Shown here in pieces: positions 1-9,509 of a stretch of 64,000 bases of DNA; positions within the stretch are counted from its first letter, which is position 1; each line of letters starts with the position of its first letter. A model generated the notes under the pieces. The model was not told the DNA's origin and searched no databases. It worked only from the letters and a program-made list of their open reading frames with translations. The position numbers and the translations under genes were made by a program. The DNA is taken from contig JBEVJN010000077.1 in assembly GCA_040510135.1 (NCBI GenBank), forward strand, positions 249 through 64,248, read 5' to 3'. The stretch is from Acidimicrobiia bacterium (GTDB lineage Bacteria > Actinomycetota > Acidimicrobiia > Spongiisociales > ZC4RG35).

Positions 1-771
1 TCGTTTTCGCTCATCGACCTCGTAGTGGATGTCTTTCTGGAGCCGGTTGGTGATCTTGGCGAAATCGCGATACCACCTTGCGCTGTCGGAGAGCCGCCCC
101 GAGATGATCAATGGCGTGCGTGCCTCGTCGATCAGGATCGAATCGACTTCGTCGACGATGGCGTAGGGGTGCCCTCGCTGCACTCGGTCATCGGCGCGCA
201 TGGCCATGTTGTCCCTGAGATAGTCGAAGCCGAACTCGTTGTTGGTCCCGTAAGTGATGTCCGAGTCGTAGGCGGGATGACGCTCGGCCGAGGACATCCC
301 GTTCTGGATGAGACCGACATTCAGCCCCAGGAAGCGATGGACGGCTCCCATCCAGTCGGCGTCGCGGGATGCCAGGTAGTCGTTGACCGTGACCAGATGA
401 ACCCCCTTGCCATTGAGGGCATTCAGGTAGGCCGGCATCGTCGAAACCAAAGTCTTGCCTTCGCCGGTCTTCATCTCGGCGACCATCCCCCGATGAAGTG
501 CGGCCGCCCCGATGATCTGCACATCGAAGTGCCGCTGGCCGAGCACACGCTTCGCCGCTTCGCGGACGGCGGCAAAGGCCTCTACTTGCAGGTCGTCGAT
601 CTCCTGGCCGGCAGCTATCCGACCGCGGAATTCTGTGGTCTTGGCGGCTAGGTCCCGATCGGTGAGAGCCTCGAACTCGGGCTCGACGTCGTTTACCGCG
701 GCGACGATGCCCTGGAACTGTCTGAGTGTCTTGCCTTCCCCGGCGCGCAGGACCTTGGAGAGGATTGGCAT
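1..771 (-). CDS. secA: Preprotein translocase ATPase SecA, N-terminal 257 aa. The gene runs off the left edge of the window.
   Basis: Reverse-strand translation from the ATG at 771..769 gives [20 protein letters not shown]...[25 protein letters not shown]...[11 protein letters not shown]...[21 protein letters not shown]. This is the canonical SecA DEAD-motor N-terminus with Walker A GEGKT. It is absent from the ORF track because there is no stop codon inside the window. Confidence 0.85.
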   Translation of the reverse strand, partial: MPILSKVLRAGEGKTLRQFQGIVAAVNDVEPEFEALTDRDLAAKTTEFRGRIAAGQEIDDLQVEAFAAVREAAKRVLGQRHFDVQIIGAAALHRGMVAEMKTGEGKTLVSTMPAYLNALNGKGVHLVTVNDYLASRDADWMGAVHRFLGLNVGLIQNGMSSAERHPAYDSDITYGTNNEFGFDYLRDNMAMRADDRVQRGHPYAIVDEVDSILIDEARTPLIISGRLSDSARWYRDFAKITNRLQKDIHYEVDERKR

Positions 772-832
772 TGGGACTTCATGCTACCGGCGGGCCTGAG
801 TTGACCCACTTCGGGAATCTCGTCGAAGCCAG

Positions 833-1489
833 TCAGCGAACGTCGATGAGCCCTTCCCGCTGCGCCCAGGTAACCGCCTCGAATCGGGATTTGAGACCCA
901 GCTTGTCGAGGACGTTCCGCACATGGTTGCGAACCGTGTTCTCGGAGATGTAGAGCTCGGCGGCGATCTCTTTGGAGGTCTTGCCGGCACCGACATAGCC
1001 CAGGATCTCGAGCTCGCGTCCGGTCAGTTCAGGACTGCGAGCCACAGCTTCGCCGTGATGCCGGAGCAGGTCGCGCAAGGCACTGAACAGCTTGCCGCCC
1101 ATCGCTGGGGACACGGCGGCGCCACCCGCCAGCACGTCGTGCATGGCTGCCACGAGGCGGGGCAGCGGCGTGTCTTTAGTCAGATAGCCCGAGGCTCCCG
1201 CTTTGACCGCAGCCAGCAGGTCCTTGGCCGATTCACTCGAAGTGAGCAAAACCACCCGGGTGGTGGGACAGGACTTGATGATCGCTCCGACCACCTCGAC
1301 TCCGGACATTCCGGGCATCAGGAGATCCAGCATCACCAGATCCGGTTGGTGCTCCCGGGCCATGTCGATGGCGTGCATCGCATCGGCAGCAACTGCCTTC
1401 ACCTCGAAGCCTTCCTGGACGAACGCAGCGCGCAGCGCCTCACGAAACAACTCGGCGTCGTCGACTATCACCACAGAGGCCATCAGCAC
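833..1489 (-). CDS. NarL/LuxR-family two-component response regulator (REC + LuxR HTH)
   Basis: The N-terminus has the acidic pocket and the phospho-acceptor Asp (VVIVDD...DLVMLDLLMPGMSG). The C-terminus is GRELEILGYVGAGKTSKEIAAELYISENTVRNHV, a LuxR-type helix-turn-helix. Confidence 0.85.
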   Translation of the reverse strand: MLMASVVIVDDAELFREALRAAFVQEGFEVKAVAADAMHAIDMAREHQPDLVMLDLLMPGMSGVEVVGAIIKSCPTTRVVLLTSSESAKDLLAAVKAGASGYLTKDTPLPRLVAAMHDVLAGGAAVSPAMGGKLFSALRDLLRHHGEAVARSPELTGRELEILGYVGAGKTSKEIAAELYISENTVRNHVRNVLDKLGLKSRFEAVTWAQREGLIDVR

Positions 1490-1540
1490 CAGCCTCGTGA
1501 AGCAAATTGCCGATCATTCATGTTTGTTCTCCAGGTTGGA

Positions 1541-2107
1541 TCAACGGGGACTAGACACCGTATCGGCCAAATTGGCCGCGAGCACAAGGGCAATTCGCTC
1601 GGAGCCCAATGCCTGGATCGCGGAGCGGATGGTGGCGCCGGTCGTGACCACGTCGTCGACGAGCACCACCGGACCCGATCGTGCCCTCGCCGCCCCCAGA
1701 CTTGGCGGCGGGCGGTTGTGATCACCACCTGCCCTCTGTCGGGAATGAAGCGGAGCGGATAGCAGGTCGAGCAGCGGGACGTCTTTGGCGCGGGCAAGGC
1801 GCAGCCCTATCTCCCGGGCCGGGTCGATGCCGTACCGAAGCTGACGGGACCAGGTCCTGGGCACAGGAACCACGGGGAATCGCGGAACACGAGCGGCGAT
1901 CATCTCGACTACCAAATCGGCGAACGATGTCACGCCCCGGTACTTGAGACCGTGCACCAGCTCTCGGGCCACACCCTCATGTACGAATGCGGCAACGAGC
2001 CTGGTGCCACCAGCGAGTATTCGCTCCGGGGCGGGTCGAAGTCCGTCCCGGCACCGGGCGCAGAGAAACCCCCGGGCCGGCGAGTGACATGCCTGACAAA
2101 GCATCAT
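1541..2107 (-). CDS. ComF-family phosphoribosyltransferase (ComFC-like)
   Basis: Zn-finger CQACHSPARGFLCARCRDGL followed by the PRTase motif VVLVDDVVTTGATIRSA. The track ORF (to 2230) is over-extended upstream; the start was chosen at the internal MM (MMLCQAC). Confidence 0.7.
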   Translation of the reverse strand: MMLCQACHSPARGFLCARCRDGLRPAPERILAGGTRLVAAFVHEGVARELVHGLKYRGVTSFADLVVEMIAARVPRFPVVPVPRTWSRQLRYGIDPAREIGLRLARAKDVPLLDLLSAPLHSRQRAGGDHNRPPPSLGAARARSGPVVLVDDVVTTGATIRSAIQALGSERIALVLAANLADTVSSPR

Positions 2108-2159
2108 CTCCGACCTTAAGCGTCGGAGATGATGTTTTGCACCTGAGCGGAACCCCCTG

Positions 2160-3410
2160 TCAGGAAGTCCCTTCCTGCCATCCGGAGAGATACGCCACCT
2201 GATCGTCGGTGAGGGCGTCGACTCCCCCACCTAGATGCTCGAGCTTGATCCGGGCCACCTCGGCGTCGATTTCCTCGGGGAGCGTGTAGATCTTCGCCTC
2301 CAGGTCATCGACGTTCAATGCCAGATATTCGGCCGCAAGTGCCTGGTTGGAGAACGACATGTCCATCACGTCCGCGGGATGCCCCTCGGCTGCTCCCAGG
2401 TTGACCAACCGCCCTTCGGCGATGACGAGGAGACGTCGTCCGTCCTGCATCTCGAACTCCTCGAGATTGTTGCGGATCTCGCGACGGGCAACTGCTGCGG
2501 CGCGGAGCGCAGCCAGGTCCAGCTCGATGTCGAAGTGCCCGGCATTGGCCAGGATCACGCCGTCCTTCATCACGTCGAAATGTTCCATCCGCAGCACGTG
2601 CTTGTTGCCTGTCAGTGTGATGAAAACATCGCCGACCCGCGCTGCGTCCGCACCGGTCATGACCCGGAACCCGTCCATGGCGGCAGAGAGGGCGCGCACC
2701 GGGTCGATCTCGACGACGATGACTTTTGCTCCCAGCCCATCGGCCCGGTTAGCCACACCTCGCCCGCAATCTCCGTAGCCGATCACGACGACGTTCTGCC
2801 CGGCAAGGAGGATGTTGGTGGCCCTGATGATCCCGTCGATCGCTGACTGCCCGGTCCCGTAATGGTTGTCGAACAAATGCTTGGTTGCCGAGTCGTTGAC
2901 CGCCACCACAGGGACTCGAAGGGTCCCGTCCGCCGCCATTGCCTTGAGGCGGATGACACCGGTTGTCGTCTCTTCCGTGGACCCGATGACTTCGATGTCA
3001 CGTCGATCGGTGTGGAGGAGGGTGGCCAGGTCGGCGCCGTCGTCCATGGTGATCGCTGGAGCGTGATCGAGCACGGCGTGAATGTGCTTGTAGTACGTGT
3101 CGGCATCCTCGCCGCGAATGGCGAACACGGGAATGCCCTCGGCCACAAGAGCCGCCGCCACGTCGTCTTGGGTCGAGAGCGGGTTGGAGGCGCAGAGCAG
3201 CGGCTCGGCCCCACCGTCGCGGAGCGCCAGCATGAGGTTGGCCGTCTCGGCGGTGACATGGAGGCAGGCGGCGACAACAAGCCCATCCAGAGGTTTCTCC
3301 TTGGCGAACCGCTCCCGCACGGTTGCCAAGACCTGCATTCGGCGCCCGGCCCATTCGACTCGTCGGGCACCGGCCTCGGCCAGCGCGGGGTTGGAAATGT
3401 CGTAGTTCAT
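2160..3410 (-). CDS. ahcY: Adenosylhomocysteinase (S-adenosyl-L-homocysteine hydrolase)
   Basis: Full-length 416 aa with AhcY hallmarks (LHVTAETANL..., NAD-binding VVVIGYGDCGRGVA, GHFDIE). Confidence 0.95.
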   Translation of the reverse strand: MNYDISNPALAEAGARRVEWAGRRMQVLATVRERFAKEKPLDGLVVAACLHVTAETANLMLALRDGGAEPLLCASNPLSTQDDVAAALVAEGIPVFAIRGEDADTYYKHIHAVLDHAPAITMDDGADLATLLHTDRRDIEVIGSTEETTTGVIRLKAMAADGTLRVPVVAVNDSATKHLFDNHYGTGQSAIDGIIRATNILLAGQNVVVIGYGDCGRGVANRADGLGAKVIVVEIDPVRALSAAMDGFRVMTGADAARVGDVFITLTGNKHVLRMEHFDVMKDGVILANAGHFDIELDLAALRAAAVARREIRNNLEEFEMQDGRRLLVIAEGRLVNLGAAEGHPADVMDMSFSNQALAAEYLALNVDDLEAKIYTLPEEIDAEVARIKLEHLGGGVDALTDDQVAYLSGWQEGTS

Positions 3411-3411
3411 C

Positions 3412-4413
3412 TCAGTCCTTCACCAGTAGCTTCTTTAGTTTCTCGATCGTCTCGACCGGCACGGGGTCGACACCCGCCTCTCCGGCCAGCATGTAAGACA
3501 CCAGGTCCCCGCTCACCGTGAGTGACATCAACCGGGCGAATTCAGAATCTCCGCGCGCCCGAACCTCTCCGATCCACGGCACAGCGACCTCGGTTAGTTG
3601 CGACGTGTGATCTAGTCGGTCTCGAACCCGCGCATGGTCACCGACGTCGGTGAGGGACACGATTCCGACAACGTCCCGCGTCAACGACGGCAACGTCTCC
3701 CACCCCACGATCTCGTTGTGGTCGAGCTCGGGGAGTACCGACCACCAAGCCGGCATCTTGGCATTCTCGTTGATCTGGGTCTTCCATCGTTGAGCGGCCG
3801 TGGCGCTTATCGGGCCTCCCCCGTAGACGATGGCGACCCTGCCCACCAGTCCCTCGGCGAGCCCATGCGCAACGTCCCACGTTTCCGAGCCCTCTGTCGT
3901 GGCCGCGTCGACCAGGTCCGCCGCCTCGTCGAGAGCTGCCGTCTGATTCGGGAGGACACCCAGTGTGCTCAGGAGCCTGGAGACCGCGCCGGCCAGGTAC
4001 CCGACTGCAGCCCGAGGCTGAAGGCCGGTCGGGACCGTGATGGTTGGCCAGGCGTTTTTGGCTGAAAGGTCGCCTAACTGGCCCCCGGTGGTCACGGTCA
4101 CGATCGGGAGGCCGGCAACGTCGGCGGCGTCCACGAGGTCCAGGGTCTCCTCGGTGTTCCCCGAGTACGAGGCCGCGATGACGGTCGGCTTCACCCTGCG
4201 CACCCACCCTGGCAGCGGCGAATATCCCTTCTGGACCGCCACCCTGCCCTCGGTCCCGGTAGTCAGAGCGGCCCCGAAGTCCCCAGCGATCCCGGACCCA
4301 CCCATCCCGCCCACCAGGACCTCTGGGTTTGCCGGCAGGTCAGGAGCATCGAGGTCGCGCGCCCAACGGATCTGATCCCCCAAGGTGCGGATCATGTCCA
4401 GCATCTCAGTCAT
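3412..4413 (-). CDS. Bifunctional phosphoglucose/phosphomannose isomerase (SIS-domain PGI/PMI)
   Basis: Two SIS-like halves (GGMGGSGIAGD..., IVYGGGPISATAAQRWKTQINENAKMPAW). It lies between manB and ahcY, as manA does in actinobacterial synteny. The stop is 1 nt from the ahcY start. Confidence 0.8.
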   Translation of the reverse strand: MTEMLDMIRTLGDQIRWARDLDAPDLPANPEVLVGGMGGSGIAGDFGAALTTGTEGRVAVQKGYSPLPGWVRRVKPTVIAASYSGNTEETLDLVDAADVAGLPIVTVTTGGQLGDLSAKNAWPTITVPTGLQPRAAVGYLAGAVSRLLSTLGVLPNQTAALDEAADLVDAATTEGSETWDVAHGLAEGLVGRVAIVYGGGPISATAAQRWKTQINENAKMPAWWSVLPELDHNEIVGWETLPSLTRDVVGIVSLTDVGDHARVRDRLDHTSQLTEVAVPWIGEVRARGDSEFARLMSLTVSGDLVSYMLAGEAGVDPVPVETIEKLKKLLVKD

Positions 4414-4585
4414 CGGGGCCTCCTTCGGCCTCCTCTACCAGCATGACAGGGATTCCATCACGGACCGGATATCTGCGGCCACACGCCGAGCAGACCAGCC
4501 GCGAGGCCTCTTCGTCCTCCGTCAGGTCGGCCTTGTCGACCGGGCATACCAGGATCGCGGCCAACTGCGGATCGATCAGACTCAT
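4406..4585 (-). CDS. Trm112-like small zinc-ribbon protein (DUF343/YcaR-like), 59 aa; absent from the ORF track
   Basis: Hand translation gives MSLIDPQLAAILVCPVDKADLTEDEEASRLVCSACGRRYPVRDGIPVMLVEEAEGGPDD. The pattern (LxILxCPV...LVCxxCxxxYPVRDGIPVML) is Trm112/YcaR-like. The ATG overlaps the manB stop (ATGA) and the stop overlaps the PGI/PMI start (ATGA). Confidence 0.6.
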   Translation of the reverse strand: MSLIDPQLAAILVCPVDKADLTEDEEASRLVCSACGRRYPVRDGIPVMLVEEAEGGPDD

Positions 4586-5925
4586 CTCTCCTCCTCGAGA
4601 GTCCCCGCCAACTCGGCCACGGTCGCCTGCAGGGCCGACTCGTCGGCCGACTCGACGTTCAGCCTCAACAATGGCTCGGTGTTGGACGGCCGCAAATTGA
4701 ACCAGACGTTCCCCAGGTCGATCGTCATCCCGTCGACATGGTCTTTTTCGGCGTCGGGGTACATCGCTTCGACTCGTTTCATGGCGGCTTCGGGGTCGGA
4801 GACGACGAAGTTGATCTCACCCGATGCCCGATATGGCTCCACCTCCCGACGCAGGGCAGAGAGCGGTCGACCCGCTTCGGTGACGACGCGCATCAGGATG
4901 AGCATTGCCAGCATCCCCGAGTCGGCCCGGAAGTTGTCGGCAAAGTAGTAGTGACCGCTGTGCTCCCCTCCGAACACTGCGCCTGACTCCGCCATGACCT
5001 GCTTTATGTAGCTATGTCCGACTCTGGTCCGAATCGGAGTCCCACCTGCCGCTTTCACGGTCTCCGGCACCGCCCGCGATGTGATCAGGTTGTGGATGAT
5101 CGAGGCCCCCGGGTGCCGCGCGAGCATCCAGCGTGCGATCAGAGCGGTGACCGTGCTGCCACTCACGGCCTCGGCCCGGTCGTCTATGAAGAATGCGCGA
5201 TCGGCGTCACCGTCGAAAGCAACCCCTAGATCGTGCCCCCCGTCGGCGACCATCGCGATCAGATCCCTCAAATTCTCGGGCTGGATGGGATCCGCCGGAT
5301 GGTTGGGAAACGTCCCGTCGGGCTCCAGGTAGATGCCGTCAAGCGTCGCCTCCAGCCGGGCGAAGACCTTCTCGATGGTCACTCCCGCCATCCCATTCCC
5401 TCCATCGACCGCGACCGCGAGCAGGCCGATCGACGACCCGTCGACTATCGCGAGAAGGTGGTCCACATAATCGTCGATCGCGTCGACCGAGCGCACCGCC
5501 CCGAGCACCGCTGCGCGTTCCGCATCGCCTTCGATCACCGACTTCTTGATGTCTTCCAGACCGGTCTCAGCGCCGACCGGAGCCGCCCCGGCCCGGCATA
5601 GCTTCAAGCCGTTGTATTCGGGAGGGTTGTGCGAGGCGGTGATCATCGCCCCGGGCATGGAATATTTGCCCGAGTAGAAATAGACCAGATCGGTCGGCAC
5701 GAGCCCAAGATCCACCACGTCTGCGCCCGCAGCGGTGATCCCGTGCACCAGTGCCTCGAACAGGGCGTCCGACGACTCCCGGCAATCCCGACCTACCGCG
5801 ACCTCGTCACCGTCCACCAGCGTCACAAAGGCCCCGCCGATCTTCCGATACAAATCCGGGGTCAGTTCGCCGTTGTCCGTGCGCCCGCGCACGTCATAGG
5901 CTTTGAAGACGGAATCAGGGCTCAT
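4582..5925 (-). CDS. manB: Phosphomannomutase/phosphoglucomutase (alpha-D-phosphohexomutase)
   Basis: Phosphoserine loop TASHNPPEYNGLK, metal-binding DGDADR and sugar-binding GGEHSGHYYF motifs. Confidence 0.9.
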   Translation of the reverse strand: MSPDSVFKAYDVRGRTDNGELTPDLYRKIGGAFVTLVDGDEVAVGRDCRESSDALFEALVHGITAAGADVVDLGLVPTDLVYFYSGKYSMPGAMITASHNPPEYNGLKLCRAGAAPVGAETGLEDIKKSVIEGDAERAAVLGAVRSVDAIDDYVDHLLAIVDGSSIGLLAVAVDGGNGMAGVTIEKVFARLEATLDGIYLEPDGTFPNHPADPIQPENLRDLIAMVADGGHDLGVAFDGDADRAFFIDDRAEAVSGSTVTALIARWMLARHPGASIIHNLITSRAVPETVKAAGGTPIRTRVGHSYIKQVMAESGAVFGGEHSGHYYFADNFRADSGMLAMLILMRVVTEAGRPLSALRREVEPYRASGEINFVVSDPEAAMKRVEAMYPDAEKDHVDGMTIDLGNVWFNLRPSNTEPLLRLNVESADESALQATVAELAGTLEEER

Positions 5926-5972
5926 CGGCGCCGGAGTCTAGAGGTGGGCCTATCCCATGCTCATTTCTACAC

Positions 5973-6719
5973 TTGCCCCGGATGCGCCCCACCTTCTCGA
6001 TAGTGGTCCCCGTTTACAACGAGGCCGATTTCATCCCAACGGCCGTTCCGGCGCTCATCGAGCAGATGGACGGCATTGGCGAGCCGTATCGAATTCTCAT
6101 CGTTCAAAACGGCTCCACCGACGGAACCGCCGCGGTGGCCGAAAGGGCGGCATCGGGCCATCCGGTCACGGTGATGTCGCTCGACATTGCCGACTACGGG
6201 GCGGCGATGCGATATGGGTTCCTGGCGGCGGAAGGAAGTTGGGTGGTCAATTTCGACATCGACTACTTCTCGGCTGACTTCCTGAAGAGCGTGATTGCGC
6301 TGGATGACGTCGATCTGGTCATCGCCTCGAAGCGTGATCCCGGCTCGGAGGACAGAAGACCACTGCTCAGACGGGTCGCCACCTGGGTGTTCAACCTCCT
6401 TCTGCGCTCCATCCTCGACTCGAGGGTGAGTGACACCCATGGCATGAAGGCTTTTCGCCACGATCTGGTCTCGAAGCTGGCCCCATCAGTGCTCAGTCGC
6501 CAGGATCTGTTCGACACTGAGCTGGTGATCCGGGCCGAGCGGGCCGGTTATCGCATTGCGGAGGTGCCGGTGGTAGTCGAGGAGATGAGGGTGGCGCGGA
6601 CGTCGCTGGTGAAGCGCGTGCCCCGGACCGTCAGAGGGTTGCTCCGCATCCGACGGACTTTGTCCGACGAATCTCTAGGCCTTGCGCCGGCGCACGCCCC
6701 AGATTCCGACACCGATTAG
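5973..6719 (+). CDS. GT2 polyprenol-phosphate glycosyltransferase (Ppm1/DPM1/GtrB-like)
   Basis: FSIVVPVYNEADFI...VQNGSTDGT...DIDYF...HGMKAFR is the GT-A DxD fold typical of dolichol/polyprenol-P-mannose synthases. It is next to manB. Confidence 0.8.
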   Translation: MPRMRPTFSIVVPVYNEADFIPTAVPALIEQMDGIGEPYRILIVQNGSTDGTAAVAERAASGHPVTVMSLDIADYGAAMRYGFLAAEGSWVVNFDIDYFSADFLKSVIALDDVDLVIASKRDPGSEDRRPLLRRVATWVFNLLLRSILDSRVSDTHGMKAFRHDLVSKLAPSVLSRQDLFDTELVIRAERAGYRIAEVPVVVEEMRVARTSLVKRVPRTVRGLLRIRRTLSDESLGLAPAHAPDSDTD

Positions 6720-9011
6720 GCCCAGCACGCCGACAAGGGAGGCGATCTTCCCACCCGTCTCCGCCCATGTGTCCTGGAACTCGAGCACGACCTGCTCGCT
6801 AGTGGGGACCACGACCATCAAAGACGGGGTAGCCCGCCACGGACCATCCGCACCGGTGGCGGTCCAGTTGGGAAAGTAGGAGACCTTCACTAGGTGGGGC
6901 AACCCCACTGCGCTCGTGGTGAACGTGATCTTGTGATTCTCGACGACGATGTCACTAACGGCGTTCGCCGGTGCGTCCAGCGCCACGTTGGGTCGCTCTT
7001 CGATCGACTCGATTCGAGGCCACTCGTCGGGGCCGTCGGTCACCACCCATCTGTCGAGATTGTCCACGTCCTCGTACCAGGTGAGCGCCATGTCGAAGAA
7101 GCTGGGCAGCTCCTCACCATCCGACCCGGTGACCGTGTCGGAGCCGGTCAGCGAGTCGAGCAGACCATGCTCTGGGACCTCGTAGACCGACGGAAGGAAT
7201 GAGGCCACCTCGACCAGTTCGGTCTCGGGGAGCTGGTAGATGCTGAAGGGCCCGGTCGTGGCCAGCTTCGACATCTCGGGGATCCCGTCGGCACGTTCTG
7301 TGGCCTCAGGCGTCACCGACACGTAGTAGTCGACGCCGAACAGCTCGAGATGTTTGAGGCCGCGCTCCATTTCACCGGTGTGGTATTGCAGCCCTGGTAT
7401 CGGGTTCGACGGTCTCTCCGACATCTCCGACGAGTTGATGAAGTGGAACGGTGTGGTGAGCGACGACTCGAAGAAAAGCCCTTCCATCGAGGGGTGCGAA
7501 CCTTCGGTCCAGTAGGGAATGAGCATCGGAGACATCGGTGTGCCGTAGACACCGAGTTCCTTGTTGGCGGCCTCCCAGTGCACTCTGCCGTCGGGAAGGG
7601 TGTCGATCTCGGCCATCAGCGCCTCGTATTCGGGCCATTTGGCCTTGTTCTCGTAGCCGGCGTAGTTCCACTTCGCCCACCCGTCCACGAAGGTCACCCC
7701 GGACAGAGCGCCTAGAACCACCACGCAAACGGTGGCACCGGTCAGGAACGTGCGCGTGGACAGACTCGACTCCCAGAGAAACGTGAGGCCGATGACCAGT
7801 GCCCCAGCGACGGCGACCGGTATGGCCGCCCAGGCCGGGAACTCGGTCGAATCGACGACGAGAGCGCAGGCGACGACCGTTATCAGCGCGACCAAGGCTC
7901 GCGGCCAATATGCCGAGATCCGAGAGGGCAACCTTCTCGACAGCCAGATGATGGCCGCCCCGACAGCGACGGCCGCGAAGAAGGCGACTCCGAAATACCA
8001 ATAAGGGAGAAGCCGGCCATTCCACAGCTTCCACCGCTCGCCCCCGAACACCGTCGGGAACAGCTCGGGCATGATGTGTGGCAGTGGGAAATAGAGAACG
8101 GGCAGGATCGTCGCGGCTAGCAAGGGTGCCGCCCTCGATGTGCGACGGCTGATCCACACCGCCCCCGGGATGGCCAGCGGAAGCAACAGCCACAGCTCCA
8201 CAGGGAAGATCTCCTCCCATCGCGATAGCGGGGTCCACGACATGTCCGAGCTGAACCCGATCCTCGCGATCAGCGGCAAGGCCCAGAATGCCGCGATGGC
8301 AAAGCCCCAGAGCCAAATGGCCAGCGTGCGCCAGAAACCCTTCCGCCAAGGCAAGACAAAGAGCGACGCGAAGATGACGACGATTGTCGTCAGGACATGC
8401 GAGAGGGCGGTGGCGGCGAGCGCGAGAGCGGCCCACTTCAGATATCTTCGATCGTCACGGACCGCTCTGATGAGCAGCCCGAGATAGAGCAGCGACAGTG
8501 CAAAGGACCACGAATAGGAGAACTCGCCGGCAAGGGTCGAGGCAATGTTTCCCCCGTAGATGGAATAGCTCTCGAAGAAGGCGAACACCACCCCCGACCC
8601 TGCAGCGATGAGGGAGATGTGCTTCCCCAGTCGCATGGAGCGGGCCAGGTAATAAGCGGCGGGTGGCATGGCGAGCAAGCCCATGACGGTGACGATCTTG
8701 AACGCGACTCCGTAAGGAAGGAACAAGTCCAGGAAGACGATGGTCAGTGAGGGCAGCGGGAAGTAGAAGTAGAACGCAGGAAATCCGGCAAACCAGTCGT
8801 TTGACCATCCCTGGAGCCTGCCTTCTGGCAGGAGACTGTCTCTCAGAAAAGCGGGACCGAGGACATGGGCACCCATGTCGCCGCCTGTCGGTGTGGTGGA
8901 CGAGACGATCCACCAGGGATTCATCACCACGAGGATCACCAGCGAGATGCCGGCGAGGGTGAGGACGACCGGCCAGGGATTCCCCCGCAGATACGACCGC
9001 GGAGCGGTCAC
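6675..9011 (-). CDS. Large polytopic membrane protein, probably a GT-C-fold glycosyltransferase (YfhO/COG5617-like) with a C-terminal extracytoplasmic domain
   Basis: 778 aa. The N-terminal ~500 aa carries many hydrophobic helices and the C-terminal ~280 aa is a soluble domain. It is paired convergently with the GT2 polyprenol-P-sugar synthase. This is the architecture of GtrB/YfhO-type extracytoplasmic glycosylation. The family call is an inference. Confidence 0.5.
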   Translation of the reverse strand: MTAPRSYLRGNPWPVVLTLAGISLVILVVMNPWWIVSSTTPTGGDMGAHVLGPAFLRDSLLPEGRLQGWSNDWFAGFPAFYFYFPLPSLTIVFLDLFLPYGVAFKIVTVMGLLAMPPAAYYLARSMRLGKHISLIAAGSGVVFAFFESYSIYGGNIASTLAGEFSYSWSFALSLLYLGLLIRAVRDDRRYLKWAALALAATALSHVLTTIVVIFASLFVLPWRKGFWRTLAIWLWGFAIAAFWALPLIARIGFSSDMSWTPLSRWEEIFPVELWLLLPLAIPGAVWISRRTSRAAPLLAATILPVLYFPLPHIMPELFPTVFGGERWKLWNGRLLPYWYFGVAFFAAVAVGAAIIWLSRRLPSRISAYWPRALVALITVVACALVVDSTEFPAWAAIPVAVAGALVIGLTFLWESSLSTRTFLTGATVCVVVLGALSGVTFVDGWAKWNYAGYENKAKWPEYEALMAEIDTLPDGRVHWEAANKELGVYGTPMSPMLIPYWTEGSHPSMEGLFFESSLTTPFHFINSSEMSERPSNPIPGLQYHTGEMERGLKHLELFGVDYYVSVTPEATERADGIPEMSKLATTGPFSIYQLPETELVEVASFLPSVYEVPEHGLLDSLTGSDTVTGSDGEELPSFFDMALTWYEDVDNLDRWVVTDGPDEWPRIESIEERPNVALDAPANAVSDIVVENHKITFTTSAVGLPHLVKVSYFPNWTATGADGPWRATPSLMVVVPTSEQVVLEFQDTWAETGGKIASLVGVLGLIGVGIWGVRRRKA

Positions 9012-9184
9012 GCGCGATGCTGTCGGACGATCTCCAGAACCTGCGTGATGTCGATGTCCTCGCCATCACGGTTCCACCATCTCTCTTCGCAGTTGTGACA
9101 TGCGAAGAACAGGACCTGCGTCCCGTCGGGGAGGACGTGCTCGATCTCGATCACATCAGGTTGTGAGCACTGTGGACAGTTCAT
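9008..9184 (-). CDS. Small CxxC...CxxC zinc-ribbon protein (58 aa)
   Basis: MNCPQCSQPDVIEIEHVLPDGTQVLFFACHNCEERWW... with four Cys in two CxxC pairs. The start was chosen at the internal Met of the over-extended track ORF 9008..9409. Confidence 0.4.
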   Translation of the reverse strand: MNCPQCSQPDVIEIEHVLPDGTQVLFFACHNCEERWWNRDGEDIDITQVLEIVRQHRA

Positions 9185-9230
9185 CTCGTCTCGACACTGG
9201 GGAGGGGTACATCGTACGACCGTCGGGGCC

Positions 9231-9509
9231 TTACAACAATGCCTCCTCGTCCAGGAGTCGACCCACGTAACGACTCCGTCTCCGCCCGTTCTCGGTCCAA
9301 TACGCGTACCAGTACGGGCCGTGCGGACATCGGGTGCAGCCGGTCTTGCCGCACCGCACTTCTTGCTGACGGAGATGGACTTCAGGGTGGTCGTCGGTGC
9401 CGAGCGCACCCGAGCCCTGGAGCTGGGCCCTGGTCAGGATCAGCAGCCGCCGGAGATCGTGCTCATCGAGATCTTTGACCGCATCGAGAAGATCGCGGTC
9501 GAGGGCCAT
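9231..9509 (-). CDS. Small conserved Cys-rich protein (CGKTGCTRCPHGPYWYAYW motif), function unknown
   Basis: MALDRDLLDAVKDLDEHDLRRLL...CGKTGCTRCPHGPYWYAYWTENGRRRSRYVG. The start was set at the internal Met of track ORF 9231..9719. Its start overlaps the DUF3499 stop by 1 nt. Confidence 0.4.
   Translation of the reverse strand: MALDRDLLDAVKDLDEHDLRRLLILTRAQLQGSGALGTDDHPEVHLRQQEVRCGKTGCTRCPHGPYWYAYWTENGRRRSRYVGRLLDEEALL

Noticed and set aside
25-651. 208-aa plus-strand ORF at the window start
   Set aside because: It is antisense to a clearly recognisable secA N-terminus on the minus strand and has no motif content. It is an artefact of high GC.
3410-3420. SAH riboswitch upstream of ahcY
   Set aside because: ahcY starts 1 nt after the stop of the upstream PGI/PMI gene, so there is no leader to hold a riboswitch.
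7372-8436. 354-aa minus-strand ORF inside the GT-C-like gene
   Set aside because: It is out of frame with the 778-aa membrane protein and Arg/His-rich with no domain features.
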